A stretch of DNA of 63,965 nucleotides, filler included, from Reticulomyxa filosa (lineage: Eukaryota > Protista > Foraminifera): the NCBI GenBank assembly GCA_000512085.1. It is 20 parts of 20 records of this genome, joined end to end, with 100 filler letters (N's around TTAATTAATTAA, not from the genome) between each part and the next. Parts side by side here need not be neighbours in the genome. Positions count along the whole stretch, not along the records: positions 19,204 to 29,462 come from ASPP01050784.1; positions 29,563 to 30,863 come from ASPP01002938.1; positions 30,964 to 36,200 come from ASPP01007436.1; positions 36,301 to 41,305 come from ASPP01042142.1; 16 more parts are not named here. One strand, given 5' to 3'. The notes below the pieces were generated by a model. The model ran no database searches. It had not been told where the DNA came from and saw only the letters and a list, made by a program, of their open reading frames with translations. Each line of letters begins with the position of its first letter. The first letter of the stretch is position 1. A program made the position numbers and the translations under genes. Shown piece after piece: positions 24,954 through 38,639 of the stretch.

Positions 24954-26059
24954 TCATCCCCAGATTCGAATTGTTTTGTCATGACAACCTGATACAATTG
25001 TACTACCATCCGGTGAAACATCCACACATGCTACCCAATCTGTGTGATCATCCAATAGTTGTACTTCCATTCCTGTATTCACATCCCACAGTCTAATTGT
25101 TTGATCATCTGAACAAGATACAATAATTCGACCGTCTGGAAAATATGTGACATCATTCACATAACCAAAATGTCCTTCTATCTTTCTCCATTCTTTTCCT
25201 GATTCAATGTGCCATAATCGAATTGTGTTATCATCTGAACATGATACAAGAAATTTGCCATCTGGAGAAAACTTTGCACATGATACAGTGCTAGAATGTC
25301 CAATAAATTCTTTTATCTTTTCACCTGACTTTGCATTCCACAAAATAATCATTGCATCCATGGACGATGACACAATCATTTGTCCATTTGGTGAAAATTG
25401 CACGCTGCATATATCAGATTTATGTCCTACCAATTGTTTAATTTCTTTTCCAGAGCTTACATCCCAAATTCGTATTGTTCTATCATATGAGCTTGATACA
25501 ATATTTTTACCGTCTGAAGAAAATTTTACATTCCATACCAAATCAAGATGTCCTTCCAATTTCATCACTTCCATTGCTGATTTTGCATCCAACAATCGAA
25601 TTATTTTGTCGGCTGAACACATCACAATAGTATTTCCATTAGGTGAAAATTCTGCATAATGGATGCGTTTGAAATTTCCATCAATTGTTTGGATTACCTC
25701 TGTTGATAACAGATCCCAAATTCGAATTGTCGTATCAATTGACGATGAGATAATCTTGCGACCATCTGCTGAAAATCTTACACTGCTAATTTCACTACTA
25801 TGTCCTCGTAGGGTTTTCAACAGTTTAAAATGTTTGGCCTGTATATAATTGTATTGCCTATTGATCGCACCATCTCCTTTGAAGGAAAAAAAATAACTTA
25901 ACATATTTAGTCACAATTTTATCAAAAACATGAATCCATCCGAATTTAATATTTGAAATACGAAGCCAAGATTGGATGATAAGCGTTACGGTTTTTTCTG
26001 GCTTTTTTTTTTTTTTTACCGTTCACCCAACAGCAAAGGTCGATATTTTCAGTTGTCAT
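24954..26059 (-). CDS. WD40-repeat protein (GH..V..V.FSPDG type)
   Basis: Seven regular WD repeats. Upstream exon LIIQSWLRISNIKFGWIHVFDKIVTKY. Convergent with the preceding WD40 gene. Confidence 0.9.
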
Positions 26060-26589
26060 GATGGGCGTGTTTATCAAGAAAAGTCGAAAGCTTACCAACT
26101 GTGGTACCGCATTCTTTTTTTTTTTGGATCTAGTGCCAGTTTTCATTGTTCCAGTTACTACAGAATAATGCGGGGACCCTTTAGAAATAACTTAACTTTT
26201 TGGCCTCCTTTTGTTTACAGCTGTGCTTTCCAAAAACCAAAGCTATTCCATCTGGTTCTAAATACAAAATAGGGTATGTAAGTAATGTTGTTTTAAATTG
26301 GAATAATTGTTCAAAGATAGTTGCAGTTTTTTTAGTACGGGCTATGCGAACCAGTGTTATAAAATAAAAAAGTATTTATCGAATTTGAGGTAGCTATGCT
26401 TATCAGCGCTGGACTGCCATTTGTTGAGAAGTGCAAAAAAATAAATAAATAAATGATATATTAAACTAAAAATATACTTTGTTCCTTATTCGAACTATGC
26501 ACCTTCATTGCACAATTCAATACAATTTTGTTTGTTTTTTGCTTTAAAAAAGTTTCATTGGCGCATAACTTACATTTGTAACACAGCAA

Positions 26590-27680
26590 TTGTATGTTTT
26601 ACCAGCTCTCCACTCACAAATTGTATGATCTGAAAATGACTTAATTGTGTTTCCATCTGGTAAATATTTTATATTTGTTATAAGATCTGTATGTCCTTTC
26701 ATTAGCTGCGATACTTTTCGTGACTCCAAATCCCAAATCCCAAAGTTGGAGTGTTTGTTTATCGGAAAATGAAACAATGAAACGATTATCTGGAGCAAAT
26801 ACATTTGAGCAAGGAGATGGATAGCAATGAAATATATGTTCAATTTTACCCGATATCATACTCCAGATGACAATTCGATGATTCTAATGACTTATCATGG
26901 AAAAATCATAAAATCTCGACATAATTTTTTCACCATCTGGAGAATATTGAAAAAAATAAAATTCAATGCCCGCCTCTCCCGGATGCAACTTCCCATTGTC
27001 GAATGATATTGTCATATGAGACGGACATGATCATCTTACCATTTAGTGAAAATTCGGCTTGTATTACTTGTTGAAAATGTCCTTCCAATCTTTTTAGCAA
27101 TTTTTTCGTATGTGTATCATACAAATAAATATGTTTGAAAACTCACAAAGTATTTCAAATCAAGAGAAATCCAACCACGAAATATAGAAAATGGATTTCC
27201 CGTAAAATACTTAATATTGTCTAATATGTCAGCTTGTCGGATGTATTGCAATGCTTTCAAATCAAACACATCAATTTCATTTGGGAGATAAGTGATAAAT
27301 AACAAATGCTTATCCTTTCCCCCATCACTACACGCGCTCCTTCGTAATTTTGTCCATTTCTTCCAAATTGTATCTCTTTGTTGTTTTTATCTCTCAAAGG
27401 AATCTATTGCATATTCGAGTCTGTCTTACGAAATTTAATGTCATACTTACCTTTGTCGCTCCAAATGCTCTTGTATTTCATTATTAATGTATGCTTACAT
27501 TTTCCACCAAAAGATAACAATGTCCTTCATTCCCTTCATTGTGACCATTGTTCTCAAGCTTCACCACACAATGTCCTCATAACGAAACATAATTGAATAG
27601 GAGCAGACATACTTATACTGGTTTTTGGCTATATTGTAGGAAAGATTTTCTAATTGTACGAACAGATAAGAAATACATTT
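26590..27680 (-). pseudogene. Degenerate Kelch-like plus WD40 sequence
   Basis: 5' part reads SYNIAKNQYKYVCSY...FGGKCKHTLIMKYKSIW (like 61005). 3' part has broken WD repeats (EGHFQQV..AEFS, KGHTDLITNIKYLPDG). Many stops and shifts. Confidence 0.65.
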
Positions 27681-27843
27681 AGGACGTAGAAGGTGAAGTG
27701 TTAATCTGGTTGCCAGATAATTTGAACCACAACATGAAAATTGAGTGCTTGTGAAACAACACCAAAAAAAACATATTCAATTCGTCATAAAAGGTAAATT
27801 TTTTTGAAAGGACGACATTGCAAAAACGCGTTACAATGAACTA

Positions 27844-29416
27844 TTATCGAGTGGAAGTTTTAACTTTGTTTGTGGCCTCGCTTAAAGCAGACATGGCTTT
27901 TGATTTTCCATCTGGAACAAAGATCAACACTGCAGGATCTTCCTTTCTTCCAAAATAAGGCTTATCCACTCTGAAAAACCCACGTTTAACAAACTGAACG
28001 ATATCCCCACGAGACAGCAAAGACACACTTGGTTCAGCGATTGCCAAAGTCTGTATTCAAAACAAGGCAAAGCAATGCAATGACAAAAATGAGAACAATA
28101 ATAAGAATAAGGACAGTAATAAGATTAGAGAGACCAAACCTCAAGCCATGTCTGTTCAATCGGCTTTCCGTCTGCAGTGAACAAATAATCTAATTCAACC
28201 AATTTGACCCAAGCCGTATGATGGTTATGAGGGACCCAAGTCGCAATGGGCTTTTGTTTGTATTGTTTGTTATCAGGCAAATAGGTGACAATAATTTTTT
28301 CCACTTGGTCGTTGGAAGAGACGAGCCGGTCAATTTGTACAACTCCCAAATTCATTAAAATGAACTGGTTTTGTCCTTTCTCGTGCTCTTCTCGAATGAG
28401 CTGAGCATCAAACTGTTCAATCCAAACAACTTTACCGACATGCAACACTTTGATGCCTCGTGAAGGGTTTTGCGGATGTAATGGCACCGACAGCCCATCC
28501 AGATTCATGTTTTTGATTTCGACCGTGACTCGCTTTTCTGCCGATACACACAAGTACCGTCCCGCAATCGGATCTACTACTTTCTTGTTGTAACTCCTTT
28601 TTTTCCACACAAACAACCAATCAAATTACAGGTTATCCCTCTTTTATTGGCTCGGCACACAAGTTACCAGAGTTTGTCCCATTCTTGCTTGTTATCTCTT
28701 TGCGTCATTGCTTGATCTCGAACGAACGCGCGAAGGGCATCCAATTGTAAGCCTCGACGAACGATTCCTTGAATCGTGGGCAATCTGGGATCGTCCCACC
28801 CTTTGACTTTTCCTTGATCAATCAAAGCGGATAACTTTCGCTTCGACAATTCCACTCGCGTAAATTCCTGTCGACTGAATTGATACAGAATTGGGCATTC
28901 CAACAAAGATCCGTCGCTCCGCTTTTCCCCTTTGCAGCAAATCGACCACATTTTCAAATACTGGTCACTGCGTTCGTTATACTCCTTCGATCGAAATGCA
29001 TGCGTCACTCCTTCTAAGCTGTCCACAATTGGGCATGAAAAGTCGTACGTCGGGTATACATTGAATCTCTTTCTTTTTTTTTTTTGGTAAAGCATAGACC
29101 ACACACACATACATGTGTTTGTGTGTGTGTGTGTGAAAGTGCATGTATTATATATGTCTGTGTGTATGTGTGTATGTGTTTGAATAGCAGACTACCCAGT
29201 GCGGTGATGTGGTGCTTCCACGTTGACGCGATAAATCGTGGGATCTCTTAAAGTGGCATTGTTCGATTGAAAATCCATTTTGATTCGTACAATGCATTGT
29301 TTTCCTTCCTCACTGCCGTCCTGCATTTCCTTCCAAAGTCTCAAATTTTCAGTCACGGATTGGTTGCGATATGCACTTTGTTGTCTTTGCAATCGCTGTT
29401 CTGCAAGCTGTGACAA
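27844..29416 (-). CDS. GUS1: Cytosolic glutamyl-tRNA synthetase (5'-partial, 4 exons)
   Basis: Motifs LRDPTIYR, YPTYDFSCPIVDSLEGVTHAFRSKEY, LSKRKL, GWDDPRLPT..G..RRG, QFVKRGFFRVDKP and PDGK. GT-AG introns restore the frame. Confidence 0.92.
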
Positions 29417-29831
29417 GTGTTTTTTGGTGAATGAGTGAGTGTATGTTTTTTTTTTTTTTTTTNNNNNNNNNNNNNNNNNNNNNNNNNNNNNNNNNNNNNN
29501 NNNNNNTTAATTAATTAANNNNNNNNNNNNNNNNNNNNNNNNNNNNNNNNNNNNNNNNNNNNAAAGTTTGAGTTGAATTAAGATTTGTTTAACATAATAA
29601 AGTGTGAAGCTGTCAACAGACTTATAAGTGTTAACACATGCGTCATAAATATTATTTGAGTAAAATTGACAGCGCTCTAAAGGATATTCATCATACCGAA
29701 GTGATAAATAACAAATTATGACTTATCCAAAGTTGATTAATGATAAGTAATTTATTTTAAAAAAAGAGGAAACTTCATCGAAAATTTGTCTCTTCCCTGT
29801 TTGGAAAAAAAATTGCAATAATGTTATTATC

Positions 29832-30829
29832 TTAAAATAAGAACTCTGCTGTCTTAAAATATCTTTTTTTACAAAAAATTTTAACGCTTTTTTTAGATAA
29901 ACTTACTTTCACATGTATTGGTAATTCTTCTTTTTTTTCATTATAACCACCAACATAAAAATATTTATTCATTTTACTAAGTACTACAGAACAATGTCTC
30001 AATGGACTAGGTAAAGTGTTTTGCATTTTCGTCCATTTACTTTCTTGAACTGCATATTTATAAACTAAATTTGACGTTATACTGAATCTATCGAGCTTGC
30101 CATTCCATCCACCAAAGAACAAGATAAAATCATCAACGAAAATATATCCATAACTACGTAATTGTTGAATATCATAACAAACAGTCATTTACAAAATTGA
30201 AAAATATTATTATCTTCATCATATTTAATTGATAATCCTGTCTTTTTACAAAATAATATCATTTCAATATCTTTATTTGATTTCATTATTGCTTGTTTTG
30301 ATATCATATTTTATCCTTACTATTGACTGATATTATCATGATAGTACGTGATAAATAACAAATGATTATTGCTTCCACTAACAACAGCACGTGCTCCAAG
30401 ATAATTATCTTTTTCATCTACAATACTAACTGGATTATTTGATTGTCATTTAAAGAAATCAATTGATGACCACCAAATTCTTTTATTCTTTCATTAGCAT
30501 TATTCCAAGCACTAATATATTTCATTACTAATGTATGTTTATATTTTCCTCCAAAAGATAATATGTAATTTCATGGTCGTCACTGTTGATTATCAGTTCC
30601 ACTACACAGTGACCTTCTAATTTAACATCAATTGGATACGAACAAATAAACTTGTATTTATCTTTTCTGTATGATAAGAATAACAATCACTCTGATGAAA
30701 ACCTCCACAAATGAGTATTTCCTGTTTGCGTAATACACATTGAGCCTCAGAAAGTGAAGTAGGCAACTCTTTCAAACGTTGAAAATGAGTTGAAGCAGTA
30801 AAATTTCCAAAAGATGTTTGGGTATTCAT
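29832..30829 (-). pseudogene. Kelch-like beta-propeller pseudogene
   Basis: FQRLKELPTSLSEAQCVL..EILICGG...ILFFGGWN...TLPSPL, disrupted by frameshifts and stops. Confidence 0.75.
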
Positions 30830-31041
30830 TTTTATGAGTTAAGTTTTTAAAAAAGAGACTAGTNNNNNNNNNNNNNNNNNNNNNNNNNNNNNNNNNNNNN
30901 NNNNNNNTTAATTAATTAANNNNNNNNNNNNNNNNNNNNNNNNNNNNNNNNNNNNNNNNNNNNTATATATATATAAATATATAAATATATGTTTATATAT
31001 ATATATATACATATATGTTTATATTGTAATATAAACGAAAC

Positions 31042-31675
31042 GGTATTTTTCTTGTTCCATCTTTTCCTTCTTGGTCTTAAAAGATTGTTCTTCTCCTCCA
31101 AAAGGATTATGCTCAGGATCCACTTCGCCCATCTCGTGTGTATACCAATAACGGTCCACATCTTCCTCAGCGTCCATCCATTCTTGCTTTTCTTCTTCCG
31201 GCATCGCGGCGATAATCTTGGGTGTGTCCATCGAACGGTCGATGCTACTTTTGCTGCAGCTTCGGAGGTTGGGCGTACTCATGTGAGCGGTCTGTCGCAC
31301 CTCGCTGCGACCATCGAATAGCCCTGCGCTTATTCGATGGTTGGTGATTCGAGAGCGCGGCATCAGCACCACATTCGACGGATCTTTTCTCCATTCATCG
31401 CCGCCGCCGCCGCTGTCTTTCACACTGCCGCGCTCGCGGTAAGATGACCTGTCTCTCTTTCCGCGATATTCTTCTTGGCGTGGTGTGGCTACTTCGTTTC
31501 TTTGGACACGCTTTGTCGAGTCTTGTCGAAGGTTTGACTTGCCCTTTGGACTCCAGCGGTGTCGATTGTGTTTTTGTGTTTTGCGTTGTTCTCTTTCGTC
31601 ATCGCTATCCTTTTCCCATTCATCTTGTAAGTGTTCAGGTTTATGTTTATGCCCATGTTTGTGATCATGATTATG

Positions 31676-31729
<54 letters not shown>

Positions 31730-32245
31730 GTCATTGACATTGTGATCGTGATTATTATTGCTATTGTTATTTAGATTGCCTCTTTTGTTCGTGTCATTTG
31801 TTTCATTTGTTTTGTTCAACTTTTCAATGTGTTCATTGCCCCGATTTGCATTTCGATTTCGTTGCATCGATTCCAATGCTCTTGCTCTTAATTTATCTTC
31901 TCTCGCCATATCGCAGGACTTTTGCTTCTTATTTTTTGGCTCACTCCAACGAGATTCTGCTTCGCTGTTGTTGTTGCTGGTTATCTGCTGAAATGGTCTC
32001 TTACGCCCCAAGCGCTCACGTGGCACCATAAACCCTGTAGTTTCTTCTCACGTTCATCACCCCACAAAATCTTGCTTTTTTTTGTATGAAAATAAAACAA
32101 GGTTATTTCTCATTATTTTGTCCCTAGTTCCTTTTTTGAAACGCATTGCCTAACCTGCTCCTGATTGAACTGAAGTTTGTGTGGCTTCATCAGTGGGAGC
32201 AGAAGATGGAAGGTGTTGATTATGCATATTATTCTCAGGATCCAT
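31042..32245 (-). CDS. PRP16: Prp16/DHX38 splicing helicase N-terminal region (3'-truncated)
   Basis: EWMDAEEDVDRYWY..E.G.VD..HNPF resembles the Prp16 N-terminal 'W..E....DR.WY...NPF' motif, preceded by an R/D-rich region with TP sites. The helicase core is not in the window. Confidence 0.7.
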
Positions 32246-32732
32246 TATGAAAGATATTTATTAAAAGATTCAATTAAGGGTCCAGACTTTGTGAACCTTT
32301 CCACACGTGATCATTTCAAGTGAAAATACCTTACATTTTTAAATGTTCAGAGTTTTTACTGGCAGCAAGCTTCAATCGCATTTTTACTTCACAAGTCAAA
32401 CAAAGTGTTTCAGTACAACAATTTACTAAATTTGGCCGTCTGACATAAAATGAATTAGATAAATGCTTTACTAATACTCAAAAACAAGAAAATAAACAAA
32501 AAAACAATTAAACTTTCGAATTCATACTTAACATTTTCATTGTGGCTATTGAGAAGACTAAAAATAATTACTGAAAATTAGAAAATTTGCACATATGAAC
32601 AAGCCATTTTTTTATGTATAAAGAATGTGCGTTAAGAGGACATTAAGGAATAACGAATGACTATTTTTTATCTTTGTCAAAAAGTGCAAAATTGAATAAG
32701 TGTGTCAGATCGATAGATGAAACATTTTTCCT

Positions 32733-33527
32733 TCAATTTCCAACAAGATGAACTTTGAAAGTAACCGGAGTGCGACAATCGATAGCAGGCATTAAAAACA
32801 AGTCCTTGGATATATTTCGAAACACCACAAAGGAGAGATTTTTGCAAGTGAACGTGCAAGTTTTCTCTACGAAATCGATAGAAAACCTAATGACGTCTCC
32901 CTTCGCAATTGATCCTCCAATCGCACATGAAGTACACGCTTTTTCAATCCCTTGTATATTTCTCATCACTTGGCCACAGTTCGACCATTCATTGAAATAC
33001 ACCGCACATCTATCACAAAGGTGAATATTTGCACGCAAAAAAAAACATGTATATGTAAACATATGTTATAAATAAATATTAAAATACCCGATATTCGTGT
33101 TGACAAATCCCTTCCAATTCGTAATCATTGGTTCCTTTGTGATTGGGTCCACTGCAACAAATCCATAGTTGGAATAGAAATGACTTGCCGCATCCACAAT
33201 TTCGATTTCCCATGTTAGAGAACCTTTTGATTGTGCCATGTCAATAATGCTGTCTACACACAAAATCGCAAAACCATCGTTTGCACTGTCCAGAGTCACT
33301 GTCCAATCGTCTATAAACGCCGCACGTCCCCCGTGCTTGTCGCGTTTCCATATGAAAGGTAAATACAAGTAATCCAGTACTAGTTTTGACAGCCCGTCGA
33401 ACCATCGGTTAGTGGATTTGGTTTTTTCACCAAGTCTTTCTTCTTCTATTGTATTGCAATAATATTCAATTATTCCATGCACCAAAATCTTGTTATTCCA
33501 CACATTTTTGCGATATTGATCTTCCAT
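32733..33527 (-). CDS. SPRY/B30.2-like domain protein (2 exons)
   Basis: TWEIEIV...NYGFV and KGDVIRFSIDFVEKTCTF...VFRNI...LMPAI match the SPRY pattern. Confidence 0.65.
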
Positions 33528-33821
33528 CCAAATAATTTCTGTCAATTTATGGAGTGGGGAGAAGTCTTCAGAGAAAACTTTTCTAAACGTAAGTAAACTT
33601 GTCTTTAAAAAATTTTAAAACTTCATTGAGACAACATTCTGTACTTTTAGAGGTAAACAAAACTTCTTACAAATTATTTTTTTTTCCTTATAAATTTTTT
33701 TTAGTGGCACAAGGAACAAAACTGCAAGTGTAAAAAAGTTGTACAGCCCATTATCAACAGAAATTTGTTGCAGTATCTGTAAAAAGCGATTTGGAAAATC
33801 TTCTGTCGCATTTTTAGCATA

Positions 33822-35372
33822 ATGTCGTCATGTCAACCAATTCCACCAACATCTTCGGACGAGACAAAAGAAATTTCCGAAAAAAATGCTGTATTTCTTT
33901 CCGAAGAAAAAATTCAGAAAGAACTGTGGGACTGTGTGTTGGCAGCTGTGGAAGAATGTGTAAAAGGAAAAAAACTGGCAATGCATTTAGAAATGGAGGA
34001 ACAGAAATTCAACATGGTTGAAGAAATGAAAAAGCTAAACGAATTAAATGAAATGGTGACAAAAAGAAAGAGCAGTCGCAAACGCCAAAGTCAAAATGAA
34101 AAAGACCAACAAGACTATGGAATTGTGGCGATTCGGCAAATCGCATCGAAGTGGTTAGTACAGTGCTGCAAAGAGGCAACATTCGAAGAAAGAGAAAAAA
34201 AGTATGAATGGATAACAAATGATTGGGGCAATCAGATTGTCGACGAGTTGAAAAAGTGTTTGAAAGAGAGACAAATCCAATGAAGACAGTGGAGCTAAGA
34301 AATGGTTTTATTAACTGTAGTCTTTGCATTGTGAAGAGCAAAGAAGAGAGCATGCCCTCGAGCAAACCAGAACGAAAGTGTCATGGTTTCGACTCGAACT
34401 CGAGTCAATTGGACTATTCAAAAGCGTTTTCAAAACCAAGTTTGGAACACCAAGACAAGGACTTTTGGTGGGAGAGACACGTGGCATGGTGGAACTACAT
34501 CCTCACATAAACAAAGAATGTCTGCATGGACTGGAAGTGTTTTCACACTGTTGGATTTTATTCATTTTCCATAAAAATGTCACCCATTCAGTCGATCACT
34601 TGAGGTGTATGTGCACATATTATAACATACATTACATAATATATACATATATACATATATATATATATGTGTATATAAATGTAAGGGTTACACATAACAA
34701 CAATGAAACAAATACATACACAATAGTTCAATGAAAGCCAAAATTCGACCGCCACGCTTGCAAGGTGACAAAGTTGGTGTATTGTCATCACGCTCTCCAC
34801 ACAGGTTAAATCCGATTGGCTTTACTTTGGTCAAAATTGACAAAGTAGTAGACAACCAACTATGGGTCAGTGGCGTGGACTTGGTGCATGACACTCCAGT
34901 CGTGGATATCAAACCATTGGTGTTGCAAGATTTGCCTGACAAGTCTTCTTTCCCCGATTGGATACGAGAAAAACATGACGTTTTTACCGTGCAATGGCTG
35001 GAAATGGCAGAGACGGACTTACAATGTCTTATGAACGAATATCCTCTTCAATTTTATCAACCCAATGAAGTTCATATTGTCAAACAAGCCATCACTAATG
35101 TTCTACAATTGGATATTCGATCACTCCATTCCAAACATAAACATGGGGACGAGTCGCTGTTTGCCTTTCAATTTGATTGTTTGATTGTTGATTTTATGGT
35201 TTTCCCTGATTCTCGCACACTCTATGTCTGCAGAATACAACATGAGAACAAAAGTGAATTCAAACCAAATTGTTCAAATCGATTTGCGTCCCATTTGGAG
35301 TTTCTCAAGCGTACTTTGCGTCTTGATGCTATTCGCACCATGCAAAATGCTGCACAAAATTCCAAAACCTAA
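33822..35372 (+). CDS. TRMO: TrmO/TsaA tRNA m6t6A37 methyltransferase (N-terminus disrupted)
   Basis: IG.FKSVF..KFGTPRQG, GLE.FSHCWILF.FH, KAKIRPPRL.G.K.GV...RSPHR.NPIG and GVDLV.DTPV.DIKP. Intron ~34604-34726. Frameshift and two stops at ~34265-34320. Confidence 0.88.
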
Positions 35373-36300
35373 TTCTCCTCTCGCTGTTTTTTCGTGAGAA
35401 AATGTAGAAACAAGTTCTACTTTGTAACCAACGTTAAATGTTGGATTGAATAAAAACGAAGCAAACAGTGCATTCAGAAAGGGTCTTTCCTGAATCAATT
35501 TGTTTTCATCTTTTTTTTACTATAACATCCGGTCGAAAGATCACAACTAGCACAAATGAAACTTCATTGTTAGTACAATCGACTGCAAAAAAAAACACAC
35601 TAAGTGAACAACTACAAACATTTGCAATTTTATTTATGAAAGACAACATTTTCTCCAAATTTTTTAAAATGCTATACACATCCTGTTAATCTAAAAAAAA
35701 TTTGGTTTTCATACAAGTGCATAGAACATCAACAAATTGCTGATGTTTTTTTCATTTTTTCAAAAATTTAAGGTCGTTTAGGTATTAAAAGCCAAAAATA
35801 TAATTATTTTATTTTGTTTTTTTAAATATTATTTTAATTCATAAATAAAATTGTAAATGTTAGTTGTTCATTTTTTTTGTTGATTGTAGGTCTGCCACTA
35901 ATTGATATTTTTAAAATAATAAACAAACACAGAAAGAGTTCAGATGCTAGCATTAAGTGTAATACGAATAGTTATTTCGCAGAGGTGAAATTTTCACAAA
36001 AAAAAAAAAACGAAAATGATTAATAATAAACGTCTTATGTGTAGGAATAGTGAGGAGACTAAGTGTAATACGAAAGAAAACTTAGTTCCGAAAAGTAGTT
36101 TTAGGAAAAGGAAAGTAAATTAACGAGAATAATTGCAACACGATGAAAGAAAACAACTAAAGAACTAAACAAAGTGAGTTGTGTTGTTAAGAAGGTTTAA
36201 NNNNNNNNNNNNNNNNNNNNNNNNNNNNNNNNNNNNNNNNNNNNTTAATTAATTAANNNNNNNNNNNNNNNNNNNNNNNNNNNNNNNNNNNNNNNNNNNN

Positions 36301-37517
36301 CCGCGCATCTCTAATGCCGGCAATATTTTCCGTTTGGTAAAAGTACTTTTCAGCACTGTCACCTCCCGATTGGTTCTTGCGAGCATTGTACACACGAAAT
36401 TTGGTCACTTCTCCCAACGACCGTCCTTCTTTTCGAAAGTACACTACCACTCCTACGCCTCCGCTCTGTGCGCATTCAATACAGCTCTGCAACGCAAACA
36501 CCAAATATGGGCGGCAAGTACATATGTCCGTGCCAAACACATCCGATCCGTTGCATTCATCATGTACTCGAACCGCCACTTCGCACTTCTTGTTGCGAAT
36601 CTTTCGCGGATCTCCAAAGAAATAGCACGTCAAACCACCTACTTGTGGCAGAAACGTACGTATACTCTTGTCTTTCAAATCTCCATTTTTCGTGTATTTG
36701 TAAAGTGCATCACGAAATTCATCTTCTGTTAATTCCAATCGATTTGCTAATGCTGGCAAGTTCCACGCATATTGCCCCGCTACCTAAAAAAAAAAAAAAA
36801 AAAACAATTTAACCAAGTTTTTTTTTTTTTGTTGTTGTTAAAAAAAGTGCGAAACAACGAAAAACACACACACACAAAAAAAAAAATAAATAAATAAAAA
36901 AAAAAAATAACTTTGGTAGTATTGACAGACCCATCCTCATTGACAATTTTGCCATCCGGATGAAGCTGTGTTAATTCGGGAACATTCATGTAGGCAGTTG
37001 TCCCTGCAATGGTTGGTGTCGTGGCAGTCATGCCCCACGGGTCAAATGTCACAATTTTTTTCCAGTGTTTTTGTGTGTCAGCATTTTCCAGCAATTCTTG
37101 AACCTCGGGAACGTAGCATTCATCCTTGGTTATAGTAAAAGCACGCAACCAGTTTCATCAAGTTAAATTGCAAAAAAAAAAAAAAAAACAAACAAACAAA
37201 AACATGGAACTGATATGAATGAAACTCTATTATTTTTTTTTTTTGCTTTCCACCCTCCTTTTCGTTCTCAAAAAAAAAAAGATTGATCTCTTTTTTTGTT
37301 TGTTCACTCTTGCTTTTTTTTGTTTGTTTTAAAATACTTTGCTGCGCTTGGAATGAAATTCAGACATGTCCACTCCTGCCTTTTTTTCTGCTATCGCGTG
37401 GTAACAAGCGTGGTCCCAGCCATAGGCGCCTGCAACTTTGCCTGCCTCTAAGTCCTTGTGTACATCACGATAGTCGTAGGAATAAAGGCGATCTTCTGCG
37501 CTTTTGTCGACAGACAT
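36301..37517 (-). CDS. URC1: URC1/Urg1-type GTP cyclohydrolase II family protein (3'-truncated)
   Basis: KIVTFDPWG, PTIA.T, RVHDECNGSDVFGTDICTCRPYL, YFRKEGRSLGEVTKF.VYNARK and YF..TENIAGI.DAR. Two introns. Confidence 0.85.
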
Positions 37518-38639
37518 TGGATTCACGACAAAAAAAAGAACCAAAAAACACAAAAAAGATAAGCAAAAAACAAGATTAGAAAAGATATAAAAATATATCA
37601 AACAAGAAATCGGATTCACCGAGCTTGAATTGGTGCGCTTCAACTTCCCCAAAAAATCGACCCTTTAACGGGGAAGGTTTTACACTTTTGTTTCGTCTTT
37701 TCTTTTTTTTTGTTAGATTTAATGATTACGCATCAACTTATTTTTTGAACTGTAATATTACGATTTCCTACCTTTTAAGGGCAAGTGTTTTTTTTGCTAT
37801 GTAATAAACGGGCTTATTTCCTTGCTTGGAACATTGCTGTGTTTTCAGAAAAGGTATAATGTTTCAAAAAAGATTGAATTTTATTTTATAAATTGTTTCC
37901 TCTTTCCATTAGTGGGTTGTATTCCAAGCGTGATAACACTTTTAAGTATATATTTATGTAGGCTTGCCATAAATGAAAATTACGCAATATTAGCGCAACA
38001 AGAGCCAAATTAGTAAAAATATTTTTGTAATTGACATACTTGCAAAAAATTAAAAAAAAGAAACGAACGTGATAACACAACTAATAAAACTTACACTTGA
38101 GTACTACTAGTAAATTCAGTTCAGCCTACATTCCCTTTCCCCCCCCCCCCTTCACAAAAAACTAGCACCCAAACATATACCTTGAAACAATGAAAAGAAG
38201 ACCAAGTCATCATTTCATAAAGAAAAAAAGGGCTAAATAGATAAAAGCCATATCCTTACAAATATAATCATTTTTTCTATTTTAAGTATAATAATTTGAC
38301 AATAAAACTAATAAAGTACTTTTTTCCCTCCCGGAAGTGTATATAAAATTCCTATGTAATTATCCAAGCAGCCCTTTTTGTCTCATATCATCTTGCACCA
38401 CCTTTATCGTAGTATTTTTTCCCATTGGAGTGTCATCCCATCATAAAAGTGAACTCTCAAAAAAAAAAATAAAATGGATAACCTAAAGTTGAGGAGTTTC
38501 AATAATTGAATCCAAATCCATACAAGATCCTCCTCCAAAAAAAAAAAAAAAGAAAAAAAATATTGATAACATTATTGTTCCATAAACAAGATTCATTGTT
38601 TTCGTAACATTGAATATGAATTTACTAGTGCCAAATTTT

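Noticed and set aside
34309-34320. TAA/TAG reassigned to Gln
   Set aside because: Intact genes end in TAA (24529, 27844, 50810) and use CAA/CAG freely. In-frame stops occur in sequences that also carry frameshifts.
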